A stretch of 64,000 nucleotides of DNA. Source: Paraspadella gotoi (lineage: Eukaryota; Animalia; Chaetognatha). This document shows, in pieces, positions 47,809 to 64,000 of the stretch (the stretch's first letter is position 1; every line of letters begins with the position of its first letter). The notes under the pieces were generated by a model that did no database searches, was not told the DNA's origin, and saw only the letters and a program-made list of their open reading frames with translations. A program made the position numbers and the translations under genes. The stretch is from assembly GCA_051294375.1 (NCBI GenBank), contig CM119267.1:8249951-8313950 (forward strand), in the 5' to 3' direction.

Positions 47809-49722
47809 TTAATTTCTTTTAATTTCCTTTATGTTCCCCCAAGACTAAAAAAATGCGCGGCATTCATCTCAAACTTAAATCTTGTTTCTTTTCTTTTCCT
47901 TCTTTTACAATCTACACCTAACCCCTTGTAAAGTGAAAAGTATTCAAAAGGCCTTTTTTTATTTTACTGAAAAATAAATGAAAACATTGAGACTAACTTT
48001 TCCGCGTCCCTCAATCCGACCTGAAAAGCGTCCCCGAGCGTGATCTTTTTGATCTTCTTCACGGTGAATTGGTCGTGAAGGCGAGACTGCGAGAGACCCG
48101 AGAGCAGACGATCGACCACGCCCACCTCCTCGGAGTCTTCGGAGGAGGCGGTGGACGAGGGGCGCGAGGAAAGAGCACGAGGGGAAGAGGAGGGAGAGGA
48201 GGGAGGAAAGCGCAGGAGATTCCCGAGTCGCGGAAATGTTCCTCTGTTGGCGGGGTGGCGTGGGTGCGGGGGGGGGAGAGATTGTTGGGGGATTAGCTTC
48301 AAGTCGTGGTCATTCAGTTGTAATTTCAAGAATGTTTTAGCTGAAATACATCATTAAGTTAAACAACGAAGAACAATACATCGATTAAAGGCAATATTAT
48401 TATGGGACGTATACTTTTTTCTTTATTTAAAAAGAATATGGTGTTTTAAGCAACCGTAAGATGAAAACGTTTTTTTGTAGACAGAGTTTTGATTTCTTTT
48501 GTTTTTTTCTTTTTATTTTCATGAATTTCTTCATTTTTTTCCCTATTATTTCTTACTGTCAACCTTTTTCGCTTCACTTTAACTTTTTCAAAATCCGTTT
48601 CGGTACATTCGTCTTGATCTTTTTCACATTTTACAAAGTCGTGAGAAAGGTTGTAACCTTAGCTGAAATCACATTTATTCCGAAAGAAAAAAATCTTTGG
48701 CAGCCTTCTCGATGTAAAACACTTTAAAAAAGTCGAATTAAATTTAAAATCAAACTTTAAACATATGTATATTTCGATTACCTTCGTATCGTAATAACTA
48801 ATAAGGTTTTGTAGAAGTTTATTTTATTTTGATTGTAAGTAATTTTTAAAATAGATTAAACTGACCGCGACTTCCGTAGCAGCCGTCCTGTCTTCCCGTT
48901 CCGCCAACTCACCCTGCCGCTGCTGCCGTCTTCGCGCTGCTTCGGCCTGCTGCTCCCGCGCCTTCCTCCGCCCTTCCGCCTTTTCCTCGGCGCATTTCCG
49001 GTCCCGGTTCTCGGCTTCCGCCGCCTGGAACTTGGCGCCGAAAGCGTGGAAGATCTTGAAGCACTCCTCGAGCTTGAAGGTGGCGGGATCGTCGCAGAGG
49101 AATTCGGCCAAATCGCGACGGAGTTTTTCGATTTCGCCGATGAGCAACGCCATCTCATCGAGTTGGGATTTAGCGTTCTGTTAAATATTACCTTTGTTTA
49201 ATATTTAATAATGCTAACTCGATTTATTGCAAGAGAGAGGACGCTGAACATTTTCTTTTTAATTAAAACGTTAAAACGTTCCTAAATTGTGAGTCGTACA
49301 AATCGTTTCTGAGATTCTCAATCAGTTGGCTTGTGTTTTTTTTTATCCAAATAATCTTGTCCTTTACTTAGATCTTAAGACTTAGCACATCATTCGTTCC
49401 GTTTCCTTTCTTTAAATCCCCTCAAAAAAACTGTGACCGCAAGAAATAGGGTACTTCTCGTCACTAAAACCATCTCTCTCTCTCTCTCTCTCCCTCTCTC
49501 TCACCCTACATAAGGCAAAATTCTTTTTTTCTTGCGCCATTCCTCGGGTAAGCTCTCGCACCCTACATAATAAAGCCGAGTTGTTTTCCCTGCTCTGTTT
49601 TTCCGATTGTTTAGCCAGAAAATTACGCGGTATTTCGATGTCCTCGTTCCATTCATTCTCGGCTCTCGCTTCCGTCGAGAGGCGCCAACGCTGTCCCCCA
49701 TTGAGACGAGGGAGGCGACCCA

Positions 49723-49805
<83 letters not shown>

Positions 49806-51211
49806 GCAGAAAGAAAAAAAAAAGCTCTTGAACTGATTTACTTTTTACTTTCATTTTCTCGTGATCTCGATCTTCGTTGGTTTTGTTGTAGTTCATGTGG
49901 TTGTGGATAAAAATGTTTGTGGTGGCCTGAGTTGTTCTCTTCGCATTATTCTCTTCGGTCTCACAATTTTCGCTCAATTTTCATGTTTTTCTCTAAAAGT
50001 TGTCTTTTTAAATGATATATCGTTCGTAAGAGAAAGGCCACTTTACATCTCCTGTCGTGTCGACTCCTAAATACTCGCCTTCAAGAAAGACCCGAATCGC
50101 GCCTTCAGCTCTGGCGCCGACTTCCCCAACTCTTCCGTCAAACTTCCGAGTTTCGTGCCCATTGAGCCAACGTCCGAGGTGAGGGACTCCACCGAAGAAC
50201 TGGTCATCGAGGGAGGACAGGGATGTGGGACAGGGATGTGGGACAGGGAAGTGAATATTTTTCTATGATTAAAAAAAAATTTTAACTATTTTTCTCTTTA
50301 CTTCATAAGATTTCCAAGACATTTAAAAAAAAATATTTAAAAAGAAAAAAATCCGCTTTTTATAAATTTTCAACTTAATTACAAAGGTTGAATCCATTGT
50401 TATTGATTACTTTTTTCAGCCGTCGTAGACAAGGCATATCGGACTTATGTAAACTTGTCGTCGTCATTGTCGTCGTGGTGGTAGTTGTCTTGTCTCGCGA
50501 CTTACCTGGCGGCGTCTTTGAGGTGAGGCATTTTCTCCACAAAGTTCATCAATTCCGGGTTTTTCTTTTCCACTTGCTAGAAAAGAAAAAGGAAAAAAGG
50601 GAAAAGAATCAATGTACTGTTGTGCTAGTTGTGGTATGATTATCATGAACATAATTGTATTAACCGAATTGGATAAAGTGATTTTTAAAAGACAAATACA
50701 AATAATTTTACTTTCACTAAAATTTCCTAAGAAACGTTAGACTCACCATGACTACATAATGCATTAGGTTCATCCTGGGTTTGTTGGCCCGAGTGTCACA
50801 GAGCTTCAAAAGGGACTTCATTTGAAACCCGGCGGCGTTGCCAGCGTAGCCGCCCTGCAATAAGGAAATCATCTGGTTGTTAACATCGATTGTTTTCTCG
50901 ATGATGCGATAGAAAAGTAGGGCAGGTCATAGCGAGGCTTTTCGTCGGAGGCGGGCGGAGTGGAGTGGGGGAAAGAGAAAGGAAAACAAACCCAAGACAC
51001 AGACACGACTGGTCCGCTTAACTGACGAGCAAATATCGAATTCGTTAAAGAAATAAATTAAAGGAAGACAAAAAAATAAACACACACAAAAAAAAAGGCA
51101 ATAAAAGTTTCGCGGATTCCGTGAAATTTCGTGTCCGCGCGGTGGAAAATGAGAAGCATCGTTTGTTACTCGGAGTGAAAATGAATACTCATTCTCCTTC
51201 TCTTCCTCCTC

Positions 51212-51291
<80 letters not shown>

Positions 51292-51421
51292 CTGAAAAAT
51301 GAGATTGGTATAAGAGACACAAATGAAGCCGAACGTCAAAGGACGAACGCCGCTTGAAAAATTTTTGGAGGGGAGTGAGCAAATTTGTTTGGCCCCTTGA
51401 TTAAAGTTTTTGAAGAAGAGT

Positions 51422-51484
<63 letters not shown>

Positions 51485-51778
51485 AGAGAGAGAGGAGAGA
51501 GAGAGAGAGAAATCCTGTGTGATAAAGACGTAGGGGAGACCTATTTTATTCGCGTTGGCACCCTGACAATTTTGTTAAAGTAAGAGTTTGTAGTAATATA
51601 TACGTATTATATATTATATAAAGAAAAGACACAGAATTTAATTTTTATGTGCGAAAAAGTATTCGGCTCGGTCACATGACGAAGCACAAGTAGGATTCTA
51701 CCCATAAAAAACTTATTTCATATGAGTCAGAAGAATTTTTAAAAGAATGAATTAGTATTGCTAAAAGCTGAGAGGGGG

Positions 51779-51809
<31 letters not shown>

Positions 51810-51825
51810 TGAGAGAAGAGAGAGA

Positions 51826-51877
<52 letters not shown>

Positions 51878-51924
51878 GAGAGAGAGAGAGAGAGAGCAGA
51901 GAGAGAGAGAGAGAGGAAAGAGAG

Positions 51925-63925
<12,001 letters not shown>

Positions 63926-64000
63926 GGTTTGGGATGTGTGAAGGAGGTTTGGTGGGATGGATGAAAGAGGATAGATGGGAGGAAGGAGAAGGGCGAAAAA

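Overview
Intron-containing DNA from an invertebrate animal, not a prokaryote, in an indel-prone assembly with four N gaps. Six protein-coding genes can be reconstructed by reading splice sites, all on the minus strand. (1) A large secreted mucin-like precursor with furin-type sites and alternating Thr/Pro, acidic-Ser and basic blocks (374-6132). (2) A complete RING-containing TRAF4 (6730-18601). (3) A Fer2/48-related-2-type bHLH factor (20292 to ~24275). (4) A secreted protein with a divergent SUEL/Gal-lectin-like domain (33519-35367). (5) A thioredoxin (38222-40429). (6) The 3' part of an FHDC1/INF-type formin (41750 to beyond the window). Three apparent tandem duplications (about 7.5, 1.9 and 6 kb) each straddle a 25-N gap and look like uncollapsed haplotypes or contig overlaps rather than paralogs. 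One of them reveals a 1.7-kb TIR element present in one thioredoxin allele and absent from the other. Other notable structure: an intronic 21-bp inverted repeat with a competing hairpin bracketing the two central exons of the mucin-like gene, a MITE-like element filled with telomere-like repeats, a dispersed ~270-bp repeat family and a GC-AG intron. Family assignments come from recalled motifs, not database searches.
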